Assembly: GCA_038207335.1 (NCBI GenBank)
Contig: JBBQZX010000007.1
Location: 128,001-192,000, forward strand
From: Chthoniobacterales bacterium
GTDB lineage: Bacteria > Verrucomicrobiota > Verrucomicrobiia > Chthoniobacterales > Chthoniobacteraceae
DNA length: 64,000 nucleotides
Direction of reading: 5' to 3'
The first letter of the stretch is position 1; every line of letters starts with the position of its first letter. The notes under the pieces were generated by a model that worked only from the letters and a program-made list of their open reading frames with translations, searched no databases and had not been told where the DNA came from. Shown one piece after another: positions 27,495 through 35,807 of this stretch. Both the position numbers and the translations under genes were made by a program.

Positions 27495-28385
27495 TCAGTC
27501 GATGAATCGTCTCTCGATGCCGTCGTAAGCGTCAATGCGCCGGTCCCGGAAGAACGGCCAATGCGTGCGCTGCTGGTCCAGTGCGGCGAGATCGACCTCG
27601 ACGATGAGCGTCTCATCCTCGCTGGCGGAGGCTTTGGCCATGATCTGCCCGGATGGATCGACGACGAAACTCTGCCCCCAAAACTCGATGCCCGGGCCAC
27701 CATCGGGCGCTTCATGTCCGACTCTGTTTGGCACTGCGACAAAACAGCCATTCGCGATGGCGTGGCTCCGCTGGATCGTCTCCCACGAAGAGTGCTGGCG
27801 CACGCCATACTCCGCCTTTTCGCCCGGATGCCAGCCGATGGCGGTCGGGTAAAATAGAATCTGCGCGCCTCGCAGTGCGGTGAGCCGTGCGGCTTCGGGA
27901 TACCACTGATCCCAGCAAACGCAGACACCGATTTTGCCGTGCTTCGTGTCCCACGCGCGGAAGCCCAGGTCGCCGGGCGTGAAGTAGAATTTCTCGTAAA
28001 ATGCCGGGTCGTCCGGGATGTGCATTTTGCGATATTTGCCGAGATAAGCACCGTCGGCGTCGATGATCGCAGCGGTGTTATGATAGATGCCAGCGCTGCG
28101 TTTTTCGAAAAGCGAGGCGACGATGACGACGCCGCGTTCGCGCGCAACTTTTCCGAGCGCGTCGGTGCTTGGGCCGGGGATCGCCTCGGCGAGGTCGAAG
28201 TACTTGTGGTCCTCGATCTGGCAGAAGTACTGCGAGGTAAAAAGCTCCTGGAGGCAGACGATCTGCGCGCCGCGATCGGCGGCGGCGTTCACTCGGTCGA
28301 TGGCGTGCGCGAGATTCGCCGCGGGGTCGGCGGAGCAGCGCATCTGGATGAGGCCGAGGATGACTTTGCGGGATGCGGAAGGCAT
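27495..28385 (-). CDS. aguB: N-carbamoylputrescine amidase (carbon-nitrogen hydrolase)
   Basis: CLQELF, YRKMHIPDDP.FYEKFYF, CWDQWYPE, PTAIGW; adjacent to aguA. Confidence 0.88.
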   Translation of the reverse strand: MPSASRKVILGLIQMRCSADPAANLAHAIDRVNAAADRGAQIVCLQELFTSQYFCQIEDHKYFDLAEAIPGPSTDALGKVARERGVVIVASLFEKRSAGIYHNTAAIIDADGAYLGKYRKMHIPDDPAFYEKFYFTPGDLGFRAWDTKHGKIGVCVCWDQWYPEAARLTALRGAQILFYPTAIGWHPGEKAEYGVRQHSSWETIQRSHAIANGCFVAVPNRVGHEAPDGGPGIEFWGQSFVVDPSGQIMAKASASEDETLIVEVDLAALDQQRTHWPFFRDRRIDAYDGIERRFID

Positions 28386-28430
28386 GTGGGATAAGGTGAT
28401 CTTTTAGCGGAAACGCGAGGTGCCTGCGAC

Positions 28431-28520
28431 GCTGAACATCGAACATCGAACGCAGCGCCTGCGTCACGCGCCGTAGCGCGTGCCAAACTCCAAACTTCGA
28501 TTTTCGACGCGATGCTCAGC
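28431..28520. repeat. Heptamer repeat (GAACATC x2, then GAACGCA) with imperfect inverted partner
   Basis: GCTGAACATCGAACATCGAACG at 28431-28452; GATGCTCAGC at 28511-28520 is a one-mismatch reverse complement of 28431-28440. Confidence 0.5.
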
Positions 28521-28571
28521 TGGCCGCAGGCGCCCGCTCGGACTCGCGGGACGTGTGAAAACCCGACGCGA

Positions 28572-29165
28572 TTACTTCGCCGGCTCGGCCTTCACAGAAT
28601 CCGCCGGCACGATCCGAATGCTCTCGATCGTCACCTTTTCATTCGGCCGATCATTCTCTCCAGTCGGCGTCGTCGCGATTTTCTCGAGGACATCGTCGCC
28701 TTTGAGCAGCTTGCCGAATGCGGTGTATTTGTGGTCGAGGAAAGTCGGGGCGCCGTGGCAGATGAAGAATTGCGAGCCGGCTGAATTTGGATCGCCACCG
28801 CGCGCCATCGAGAGCACGCCGCGGGTATGCGACTTGTCGCTGAATTCCGCGTCGATCTTGTACCCGGGATCTCCAGTGCCCCAGCGCGCCATCTTCGAGT
28901 CGTCCTTCGTCAGTGGGTCGCCGCCCTGGATCATGAAGCCTTTGATGACGCGGTGAAACGCGGTGCCATCGTAAAATTTCTCATTCGCGAGCTTCTTGAA
29001 GTTGACCACGGTTTTCGGCGCCACATCGGACCAGAATTCGGCGACCATCTCGCCCATTGAGGTCTTGATGACAGCGACTTCTTTCGCATCTTCGGCGCGT
29101 GAGACGGGGGCGAGCACGAGACCGAGCGCGCCGGTGAGCAGCAGGGAGAAAATCAGCTTTTTCAT
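28572..29165 (-). CDS. Cyclophilin-type peptidyl-prolyl isomerase, exported
   Basis: Signal peptide; APKTV.NF, FHRVIKGFMIQGGD, LSMAR, SAGSQFFI. Confidence 0.93.
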   Translation of the reverse strand: MKKLIFSLLLTGALGLVLAPVSRAEDAKEVAVIKTSMGEMVAEFWSDVAPKTVVNFKKLANEKFYDGTAFHRVIKGFMIQGGDPLTKDDSKMARWGTGDPGYKIDAEFSDKSHTRGVLSMARGGDPNSAGSQFFICHGAPTFLDHKYTAFGKLLKGDDVLEKIATTPTGENDRPNEKVTIESIRIVPADSVKAEPAK

Positions 29166-29292
29166 AGAACCGCAGAGATGCCACGCCCTCGCCGGAGTGT
29201 CACGCGGAGAAAATGCGTCTGGATGCCGGAAGACAAGCGAGCACGGCAATCGCGCTTGCCATCGACGCGCCGCAGCGCGATGGCTTTTCCCC

Positions 29293-29487
29293 ATGAGCCA
29301 CCTGCATCCGGCGCAACGCGAGAGCCTCCGCGCGATGACTCCGGCGCGCCGGCTCGAACTCGGGATGCAGATGATCGCTTCGGCGCGCGCGCTGCAGGCG
29401 GCGGCGATTCGCGCGCAACATTCCGACTGGACGCCGGAGCAAGTCTCCGCCGAGGTGCGCCGCCGCTGGCTGTATGCCCGATCTTAG
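29293..29487 (+). CDS. Small helical protein, putative antitoxin (MenA1-like)
   Basis: 64 aa, MTPARRLELGMQM..AIRAQHSDWTPEQVSAEVRRRW; overlaps the next gene by 14 nt. Confidence 0.65.
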   Translation: MSHLHPAQRESLRAMTPARRLELGMQMIASARALQAAAIRAQHSDWTPEQVSAEVRRRWLYARS

Positions 29488-30022
29488 TCCGGTGCTGCTT
29501 TTTGCGCGGCCGCTGAACCGGCTTGGCGCTGCCTACATGATCGTCGGCTCGGTCGCGTCGATTGCTTACGGGGAAATTCGCACGACGAACGATGTCGATC
29601 TCGTGCTCGAGTTTCAACCCCGCGACGCAGTGCGGATCGCGACGGAATATCCAGCCGCCGAGTTCTATTGCCCGCCCGAAGAAGTGCTGCGAATCGAGTC
29701 GGCGAGGGCGCACCGCGGGCACTTCAATGTGATCCATCACGCAACTGGATTTAAGGCTGACTTTTATCTCAAAAACGCGGACGCGCTGAGCGACTGGGCG
29801 ATGCGGAATCGGCGGCGGATCGTTTTCGAGGGGGAGGAGTTGAGCTTCGCGCCGCCGGAATATGTGATCCTCGGGAAGCTGCAATTTTTCCGAGAAGGCG
29901 GGAGCGAAAAACACCTGCGCGACATCGCGTCGATGCTAGAAATCACCGAGGTGGATCGCGAATTTGTGAGCGATCACGCGGCGCGGCTGGGCGTGGTCGA
30001 GGAGTGGCGACGCTGCGGATGA
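29474..30022 (+). CDS. Nucleotidyltransferase, putative toxin (MenT1-like)
   Basis: IVGSVAS..RTTNDVDLV (GS..DxD), KAD, PEYVILGKL, KHLRDI. Confidence 0.75.
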   Translation: MPDLSPVLLFARPLNRLGAAYMIVGSVASIAYGEIRTTNDVDLVLEFQPRDAVRIATEYPAAEFYCPPEEVLRIESARAHRGHFNVIHHATGFKADFYLKNADALSDWAMRNRRRIVFEGEELSFAPPEYVILGKLQFFREGGSEKHLRDIASMLEITEVDREFVSDHAARLGVVEEWRRCG

Positions 30023-30076
30023 CGCGGCACTCGCGGCTTGCCATGCGGGAGGGCGGGCACTGAAGATTGGCGGTCT

Positions 30077-30574
30077 ATGCAAGACATCCGTATCATTCTC
30101 AAGACCGGCAAGGGCGACATCGAGGCGACACTTTTCGCCAGCAAAGTGCCGATGACCGCCGCCAGTTTCCTGAGCCTCGCGAAGAGCGGCTTTTATAATG
30201 GCATCACGTTTCACCGCGTGATCCCGAATTTCATGATCCAAGGCGGCGACCCGACGGGGACGGGCTCGGGCGGGCCGGGTTACAAATTTGCCGACGAGAT
30301 CGACCGCTCACTGAAGCACAGCAAGGCGGGCATTTTCTCGATGGCGAATGCGGGGCCGGCGACGAATGGCAGCCAGTTTTTTGTCACGCACGGGCCGACG
30401 CCGCATCTCGATGGGAAGCACGCGGTCTTCGGCGAAGTGACGAAGGGACAGGACGTGGTCGATGCGATCCGACAGGGCGACAAGATCAAGGAGATCGAGG
30501 TGCTCGACTCGACGGATGAGCTTTTCGCCGCGCAAAAGGCGAACATCGACAAGTGGGCCTCGGCGCGGCGCTGA
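30077..30574 (+). CDS. Cyclophilin-type peptidyl-prolyl isomerase, cytoplasmic
   Basis: [48 protein letters not shown]. Confidence 0.93.
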   Translation: MQDIRIILKTGKGDIEATLFASKVPMTAASFLSLAKSGFYNGITFHRVIPNFMIQGGDPTGTGSGGPGYKFADEIDRSLKHSKAGIFSMANAGPATNGSQFFVTHGPTPHLDGKHAVFGEVTKGQDVVDAIRQGDKIKEIEVLDSTDELFAAQKANIDKWASARR

Positions 30575-30593
30575 GCGCGCCCGGCATTTTTTT

Positions 30594-30774
30594 ACCGCAG
30601 CGGATGCGGCGCGAGCCGCGAGTTTTAAACCACAAAAGCAAGAAGAACGGACTTTTGGCAGGAATCCAGCATAGCAGAAGAGACGAGCGAAACGGATGAG
30701 ACGTCGCCTCCCTCACGTTCCTCCACACTTTGTGCCTCCGTGCCTTTGCGGCTCAAATTTCTCTCCGCTGCGGT
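30594..30774. repeat. Intergenic palindromic element: 11-bp terminal inverted repeats with internal octamer repeats
   Basis: ACCGCAGCGGA (30594-30604) and TCCGCTGCGGT (30764-30774); CTTTGTGC CTCCGTGC CTTTGCGG at 30728-30751. Confidence 0.6.
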
Positions 30775-30787
30775 CAAAACCCCGCTC

Positions 30788-31759
30788 CTAAAAGACGCCG
30801 GGCATCCCCTCAGTCATCACTGAGATGCGATCCTCGATGCCGTGCGCGCGGGCGCAGGCAAGCAGGCGCTCGGGCGGCTCGTGGAGCGGTTCGTAGCTGA
30901 GGCGGAATGTGCCGTAGTGCATCGGCACCATGCGCTTTGCGCCGAGGTCGAGGAATGCGCGCACGGCCTCCTCGGGGTTCATGTGGACTTCGCGTCCGCT
31001 CGGCGGGTCGTAGGCGCCGATGGGCATGAGCGCGATGTCGATCGGGTGCCGCTCGCCGATTTCGCGGAAGCCCTCGAAGTAAGCCGTGTCGCCGCAGTGA
31101 AAGATCGAGCGTCCGCCGACCTCGATCACGAAGCCGCCGAATCCGCGGTGCGAATCGTGAAGCATCCGCGCGCCCCAATGATGGCACGGCGTCAGCGTGA
31201 TCTTCAGCGGCCCGTGCTCGTAACTTTCCCAATAATGCAGCTCATGCACGCTGCGAAAGCCGAGATCGTGCACGAGATTTCCGACCTCGAACGGTACGAC
31301 GATCGGCTGATCGGCGGCGACTTCGCGCAGCGTGCGGCGGTCGAGATGATCGAAGTGCGCGTGCGTCACGAGCACGACGTCGATGTCCGGCAAATCGTGC
31401 AAATGCAACCCCGGATGCCGCACACGCTTCACGACTTTGAGCCACTTCGCCCAGTTCGGATCGATGAGCACGGACTGCCCGGCGGCTTGGATCAGGAACG
31501 ACGCGTGGCCGATCCATGTGATGCCAAATTCGCTCTCCTTCAGCTCGGGAAAAACCGGTGGCGCCTGCGCCCCCGCGCGCTTCGTGAACAGCGATGGGAT
31601 GAAGACCTGCGTTAGAAAGTTGCGCTTGTGCCAGTCGCCCTTCGGCTTGAGCCCGACCTTGCGCGTGGCGGGCTGCGTCGGCGCGGGCGAATTGCCATTC
31701 GTGTGCGCCGATTTCTTGATCTCGGCCTTCGCTAGGTTGCGCTGGAGGGGCTTTGGCAC
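30788..31759 (-). CDS. MBL-fold metallo-hydrolase (RomA/NAPE-PLD-like)
   Basis: TWIGHASF, THAHFDHLD, PCHHW, CGDTAY, PIGAY, HMNPEEA, PMHYGTF. GTG start inferred. Confidence 0.88.
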   Translation of the reverse strand: MPKPLQRNLAKAEIKKSAHTNGNSPAPTQPATRKVGLKPKGDWHKRNFLTQVFIPSLFTKRAGAQAPPVFPELKESEFGITWIGHASFLIQAAGQSVLIDPNWAKWLKVVKRVRHPGLHLHDLPDIDVVLVTHAHFDHLDRRTLREVAADQPIVVPFEVGNLVHDLGFRSVHELHYWESYEHGPLKITLTPCHHWGARMLHDSHRGFGGFVIEVGGRSIFHCGDTAYFEGFREIGERHPIDIALMPIGAYDPPSGREVHMNPEEAVRAFLDLGAKRMVPMHYGTFRLSYEPLHEPPERLLACARAHGIEDRISVMTEGMPGVF

Positions 31760-31822
31760 GGCGGAAAGAATACCTCTTCGCTTCGTGCGCGCGCAAACTT
31801 TCACGCGTGCTACGCTCACGGC

Positions 31823-32362
31823 ATGAAGAGCAAAGCCGAAGTCCGCCACGCGATCCGCGAGGCGCTGCACTTTTCGTCGGAGGAGCATGGGGAGAAATCG
31901 GCGCTCATCCGCGCAGCCATCATCCGCGAAACCGCATGGCAGCAGGCGCGGACGGTCGCCGTCTTCGCACCGCACGGCAGCGAGCCGGATGTCGAATCGC
32001 TCCACACAATCGCCGGAGAGCGTGTCTTCTGCTACCCGCGCCTCCGCGATGACGCCCTCGATTTTTTCCGCATCGCAGCCGTCTCGGAACTCGTCGTGTC
32101 TCGGTGGAATCTTCGCGAGCCGACCGGCGACGAGACGCACCGCATCGCCCTGCCTGAGATCGATCTCATCCTCGTCCCCGGCGTCGCTTTCACGCGCGAC
32201 GGCCGCCGCCTCGGCCGCGGCGGCGGATACTACGACCGCCTCCTCGCGCGACCCGAGATGCGCGCGGTGAAAATCGGCGTCTGCTTTTCCACCCAGCTCC
32301 TCGATGACCTCCCCGACGAACCGCACGACAAGCGAGTCGATCGTGTGCTGTGCGACGCCTAG
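31823..32362 (+). CDS. ygfA: 5-formyltetrahydrofolate cyclo-ligase
   Basis: ILVPGVAF..RLGRGGGYYDR; EPHD.RVD. Confidence 0.92.
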   Translation: MKSKAEVRHAIREALHFSSEEHGEKSALIRAAIIRETAWQQARTVAVFAPHGSEPDVESLHTIAGERVFCYPRLRDDALDFFRIAAVSELVVSRWNLREPTGDETHRIALPEIDLILVPGVAFTRDGRRLGRGGGYYDRLLARPEMRAVKIGVCFSTQLLDDLPDEPHDKRVDRVLCDA

Positions 32363-32739
32363 CTCTGGGGCACTTCCAACTCAAACGCCGGGATGCGCGT
32401 GAACACAGGCGCGCCAGACTCCGTCACGCCAAAGAACGCGCCCTCGGCCACGCACCGGCCCGCCGCGACATGGTAGCTATTGTAGCTGAATCGCTCGCCC
32501 GGCTCCAACCGCGGCGTCTTCCCCACTACCCCGTCACCCTCCACCACCACGCGGCTCCCGTCGGTCTCCGTCACCACCCATTTCCGCCCGCGGATCGTCA
32601 CCGTTTCCTCCGAGTCATTGTGGATCGAGATGAAATAAACGAACGGGTGCGGCTTCTCCGGCGGCGCCTCCAGATGTGGCGCATAGATCACGCGATCGAT
32701 CGTCGCACGCAGGCCCGGCAGCTCCTGCGGATTCAGCAT
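32359..32739 (-). CDS. apaG: ApaG domain protein
   Basis: FVYFISIHN, GRKW, VEGDGVVGKTP.L.PGE.FSYNS, IPAFEL. Confidence 0.88.
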   Translation of the reverse strand: MLNPQELPGLRATIDRVIYAPHLEAPPEKPHPFVYFISIHNDSEETVTIRGRKWVVTETDGSRVVVEGDGVVGKTPRLEPGERFSYNSYHVAAGRCVAEGAFFGVTESGAPVFTRIPAFELEVPQS

Positions 32740-32832
32740 TTGGGATTTAGCATTGAGCATTTGAAGAAACCCTGCGGAGACATGACGCCCGCCGACTACG
32801 CTTTCGCAAATCTTAAATGCTAAATCCCAAAT
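32738..32832. repeat. 17-bp perfect inverted repeat built from heptamer units, between divergent apaG and thiD
   Basis: ATTTGGGATTTAGCATT (32738-32754) and AATGCTAAATCCCAAAT (32816-32832). Confidence 0.8.
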
Positions 32833-32837
32833 CCAAG

Positions 32838-33641
32838 ATGCCCCCCGTCCTCACCATCGCCGGCTCCGACTGCTCCGCGGGCGCGGGCGCGCAGGCCGAC
32901 CTGAAAACATTTAGCGCCCTCGGCACCTACGGCCTCACCGCGATCACTTGCGTTGTGTCGGAAGTCCCCGGCTGCGTCAGCGAAATTCAGCCCGTTTCGA
33001 CCCGCATCGTGCTCGATCAAATCCGCCTGCTCTTCGATTGCTTTCCGATCGGCGCATTCAAAACCGGAATGCTCCATTCCCGTGAGATCATTGAAGCAAT
33101 CAGCGGCATTCTCGGAGCCCAGTTTCCCGATTGGAAAAACGCGCCGCCGCTCGTCGTCGATCCCGTCATGATCGCCACCAGCGGCGATCCGCTCCTCGAA
33201 CCCGACGCGATTGAAGCCTACAAAAACCGCCTCTTTCCGCTCGCCACGCTCATCACGCCGAATCTCGATGAAGTTCAAGCCCTCCTCAGACAGCCCGTCA
33301 CTTCCCTCGAAGAAATGCGCGCCGCCGGCACCGAGCTCGTCGCGCGGTTTGGCACCGCTTTCCTTTTAAAAGGCGGACATCTCCGCGGCACGGATGCCAC
33401 CGATTTACTGTTCGCCGATGGCGAGATCGTCGAGTTCAGCGCGCCCTTCGTTCCCGGCGTTTCCACGCACGGCACCGGCTGCACCTACTCCGCAGCTATC
33501 GTCGCCGGGCTCGGCCGCGGCCTCCCGCTGCGCGAAGCCGTAGGCGAAGCAAAGCGCTACGTCTCCCGCGCCATCGGCGGCTACCTCCGCTGGGAAAAAG
33601 GCGACCACACCATCGACGCGCTAAACCACTTCGCGCCGTAG
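32838..33641 (+). CDS. thiD: Hydroxymethylpyrimidine/phosphomethylpyrimidine kinase
   Basis: LTIAGSD.SAGAG.QADLKT, KTGML, VDPVM, TPNLDE, KGGH, THGTGCT. Confidence 0.94.
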   Translation: MPPVLTIAGSDCSAGAGAQADLKTFSALGTYGLTAITCVVSEVPGCVSEIQPVSTRIVLDQIRLLFDCFPIGAFKTGMLHSREIIEAISGILGAQFPDWKNAPPLVVDPVMIATSGDPLLEPDAIEAYKNRLFPLATLITPNLDEVQALLRQPVTSLEEMRAAGTELVARFGTAFLLKGGHLRGTDATDLLFADGEIVEFSAPFVPGVSTHGTGCTYSAAIVAGLGRGLPLREAVGEAKRYVSRAIGGYLRWEKGDHTIDALNHFAP

Positions 33642-33772
33642 CTCGCGAATGGCCCACCCGCGCTTCTGCCAAACGCTTTGCAGCACCCGATCCTCACCGC
33701 GCCTGCCGCGCTTGCCAACCCGCACGCCGTCACCGATTCTCCCGCGCCAATTTCCGCCCGCGTGACTCGCAA

Positions 33773-34672
33773 ATGACCGACAAAAAGCTCGTCTTCCTCC
33801 GCCGCCTCGGCAGCTCCGTGGCGCTCTGGGCGGTCGCGCTTTACATCATCCTGTCGGGCCACGAAATCGGCTTCATGTTCCTCATCGGCGGGCTCGGGCT
33901 GCTCGGCCTTTGGGAATATTACACGATGCTCGATGCAAAGGGCCTGCCGAACTTCAAGATCATCGGAATGCTCTGCGGCATCCTGCTGAATGCGGGCAGC
34001 TTCTACTACTTCAGCAAAGTCGGCCCGGCGCGCAGCTACGACTTCGAGATCGCCACGCTGCTCTTCTTTCTCCTGATCGTTTTCTCGCGCCAGATGTTCC
34101 AGAAAACGCGCGACATCTCGCCGCTCGAGACGATGGCCTACACTGTCTTCGGCCTGCTCTACGTGCCGTGGCTTTTCACCTTCGTCACGAAGATCGTCTA
34201 TCTCCTCCCGCGTGACCCGGCCACCGGGCACGTCACCGGCCACCTCTACGTCCTCTGGCTCGTCCTCGTTACAAAGTTCAGCGACATGGGCGCGTACGTC
34301 ACCGGCTCACTTTTTGGCAAGCACCCGCTCGTCCCGCACATCTCGCCCAAGAAAACGTGGGAGGGCTTTTTCGGCGCCCTGCTTTTCTCCACCGGCGGCG
34401 CGTGCGGACTGCTCGCGCTCATGCCTGAGCGGCTCGCTTTTTTGAAGATGAACGGCCCGTTTGTGTTCGGGCACGCCATCATTCTCGGGATCGGCCTCGG
34501 CTTCGCCGCCATCATAGGCGACCTCGGCGAATCGATCGTCAAGCGCAGCACCGGCGTCAAAGATTCCGGCAACTTCCTTCCTGGCATTGGCGGCGCTCTC
34601 GACCTCATCGACTCCATCCTCTTCACCGCGCCGCTCCTCTTCTTCTACCTGCGCTTCGTCGTCGGCGTATGA
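33773..34672 (+). CDS. cdsA: Phosphatidate cytidylyltransferase
   Basis: Polytopic; SDMGAY, ISPKKTWEG, GDLGES.VKR..GVKDSG, GG.LD.IDS. Confidence 0.93.
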   Translation: MTDKKLVFLRRLGSSVALWAVALYIILSGHEIGFMFLIGGLGLLGLWEYYTMLDAKGLPNFKIIGMLCGILLNAGSFYYFSKVGPARSYDFEIATLLFFLLIVFSRQMFQKTRDISPLETMAYTVFGLLYVPWLFTFVTKIVYLLPRDPATGHVTGHLYVLWLVLVTKFSDMGAYVTGSLFGKHPLVPHISPKKTWEGFFGALLFSTGGACGLLALMPERLAFLKMNGPFVFGHAIILGIGLGFAAIIGDLGESIVKRSTGVKDSGNFLPGIGGALDLIDSILFTAPLLFFYLRFVVGV

Positions 34673-35772
34673 AAAAGCGCCGCGTCGTCATCCTCGGAGC
34701 CACGGGCAGCATCGGCGAGAGCGCGAGGAAAGTGGCTCACGACCTCCCGGAACGGATGGAGATCGTCGGCATGTCCGCGCATTCCAACCGCGAAAAGCTG
34801 GACGCCGCTGGACGCGAATTTCCCGGCGCAAAGCTGTGCCTCTCCGGGGACGGCAACGACGCCGCACTCGTCGAACTCGCGACCATGCCCGAGACCGACA
34901 TGGTGCTCATTGCCATCGTCGGGACCGGTGGCCTCGCACCCGCGCTCGCGGCGATCGAGGCGGGCAAGGACCTCGCCATCGCGAGCAAAGAAATCCTCGT
35001 GATGGCCGGTGAAGCGGTGATGACTGCCGCGCGCCAGCGCGGCGTGAAAGTCCTGCCCGTGGACTCCGAGCACAACGCGATTTTCCAGTGCCTCGAAGCG
35101 CGTCCCGCCTCCGATGTCCGCCGTGTCATCCTCACTGCCAGCGGTGGTCCTTTTCGCAAACTCCCGGCTGAGCAGCTCCCGCACGTCACGCTCGAGCAGG
35201 CGCTCAAACACCCGACCTGGGAAATGGGCCGAAAGATCACCATCGACTCCGCGACCCTCTTCAACAAAGGCCTCGAAATGATCGAGGCGCGCTGGCTCTT
35301 CGATGTCGAAATGCCGCGTGTCGATGTCATCGTCCACCCGCAATCGATCATCCACTCGATGGTCGAGTTCATCGACCACAGCATACTGGCGCAGCTCTCC
35401 GCGACCGACATGTGCTTTCCCATCCAATACGCCGTCACATGGCCAGACCGCGTCCCGAGTTCCCTGCCGCCGCTCGATTTCGCCGCGCTTGCAAAGCTCG
35501 AATTCGAGGCCCCGCGCCGCGCCGATTTTCCCGCGCTCGACCTCGCCCGCTGGGCTGGCGAGTCCGGCGGCACGCTCCCCGCTGTGCTGAACGCCGCGAA
35601 TGAAATCGCCGTCGCCGCATTCCTCGAAAAGCGCATCCCCTTCCCCGCCATCTGGCAGACCGTGGAGAAAACGATGCGTGCCCACGAGTCCATTGCCCAC
35701 GCCGGGCTCGATGCTATCCTAGCCGCCGACACATGGGCCCGCGCCCGCGCCCGAGAACTGCTCGGCAATTGA
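34669..35772 (+). CDS. dxr: 1-deoxy-D-xylulose-5-phosphate reductoisomerase
   Basis: LGATGSIG, LPVDSEH, LTASGGPF, HPTWEMG.KITIDSAT, NAANE. Confidence 0.96.
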   Translation: MKKRRVVILGATGSIGESARKVAHDLPERMEIVGMSAHSNREKLDAAGREFPGAKLCLSGDGNDAALVELATMPETDMVLIAIVGTGGLAPALAAIEAGKDLAIASKEILVMAGEAVMTAARQRGVKVLPVDSEHNAIFQCLEARPASDVRRVILTASGGPFRKLPAEQLPHVTLEQALKHPTWEMGRKITIDSATLFNKGLEMIEARWLFDVEMPRVDVIVHPQSIIHSMVEFIDHSILAQLSATDMCFPIQYAVTWPDRVPSSLPPLDFAALAKLEFEAPRRADFPALDLARWAGESGGTLPAVLNAANEIAVAAFLEKRIPFPAIWQTVEKTMRAHESIAHAGLDAILAADTWARARARELLGN

Positions 35773-35807
35773 ACTTCGCGGCAACGCCCGCGTCTCACTT
35801 CACCCAC

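Noticed and set aside
31760..31822. 6S RNA, often found upstream of ygfA
   Set aside because: The gap to the divergent gene is only about 60 nt, too short.
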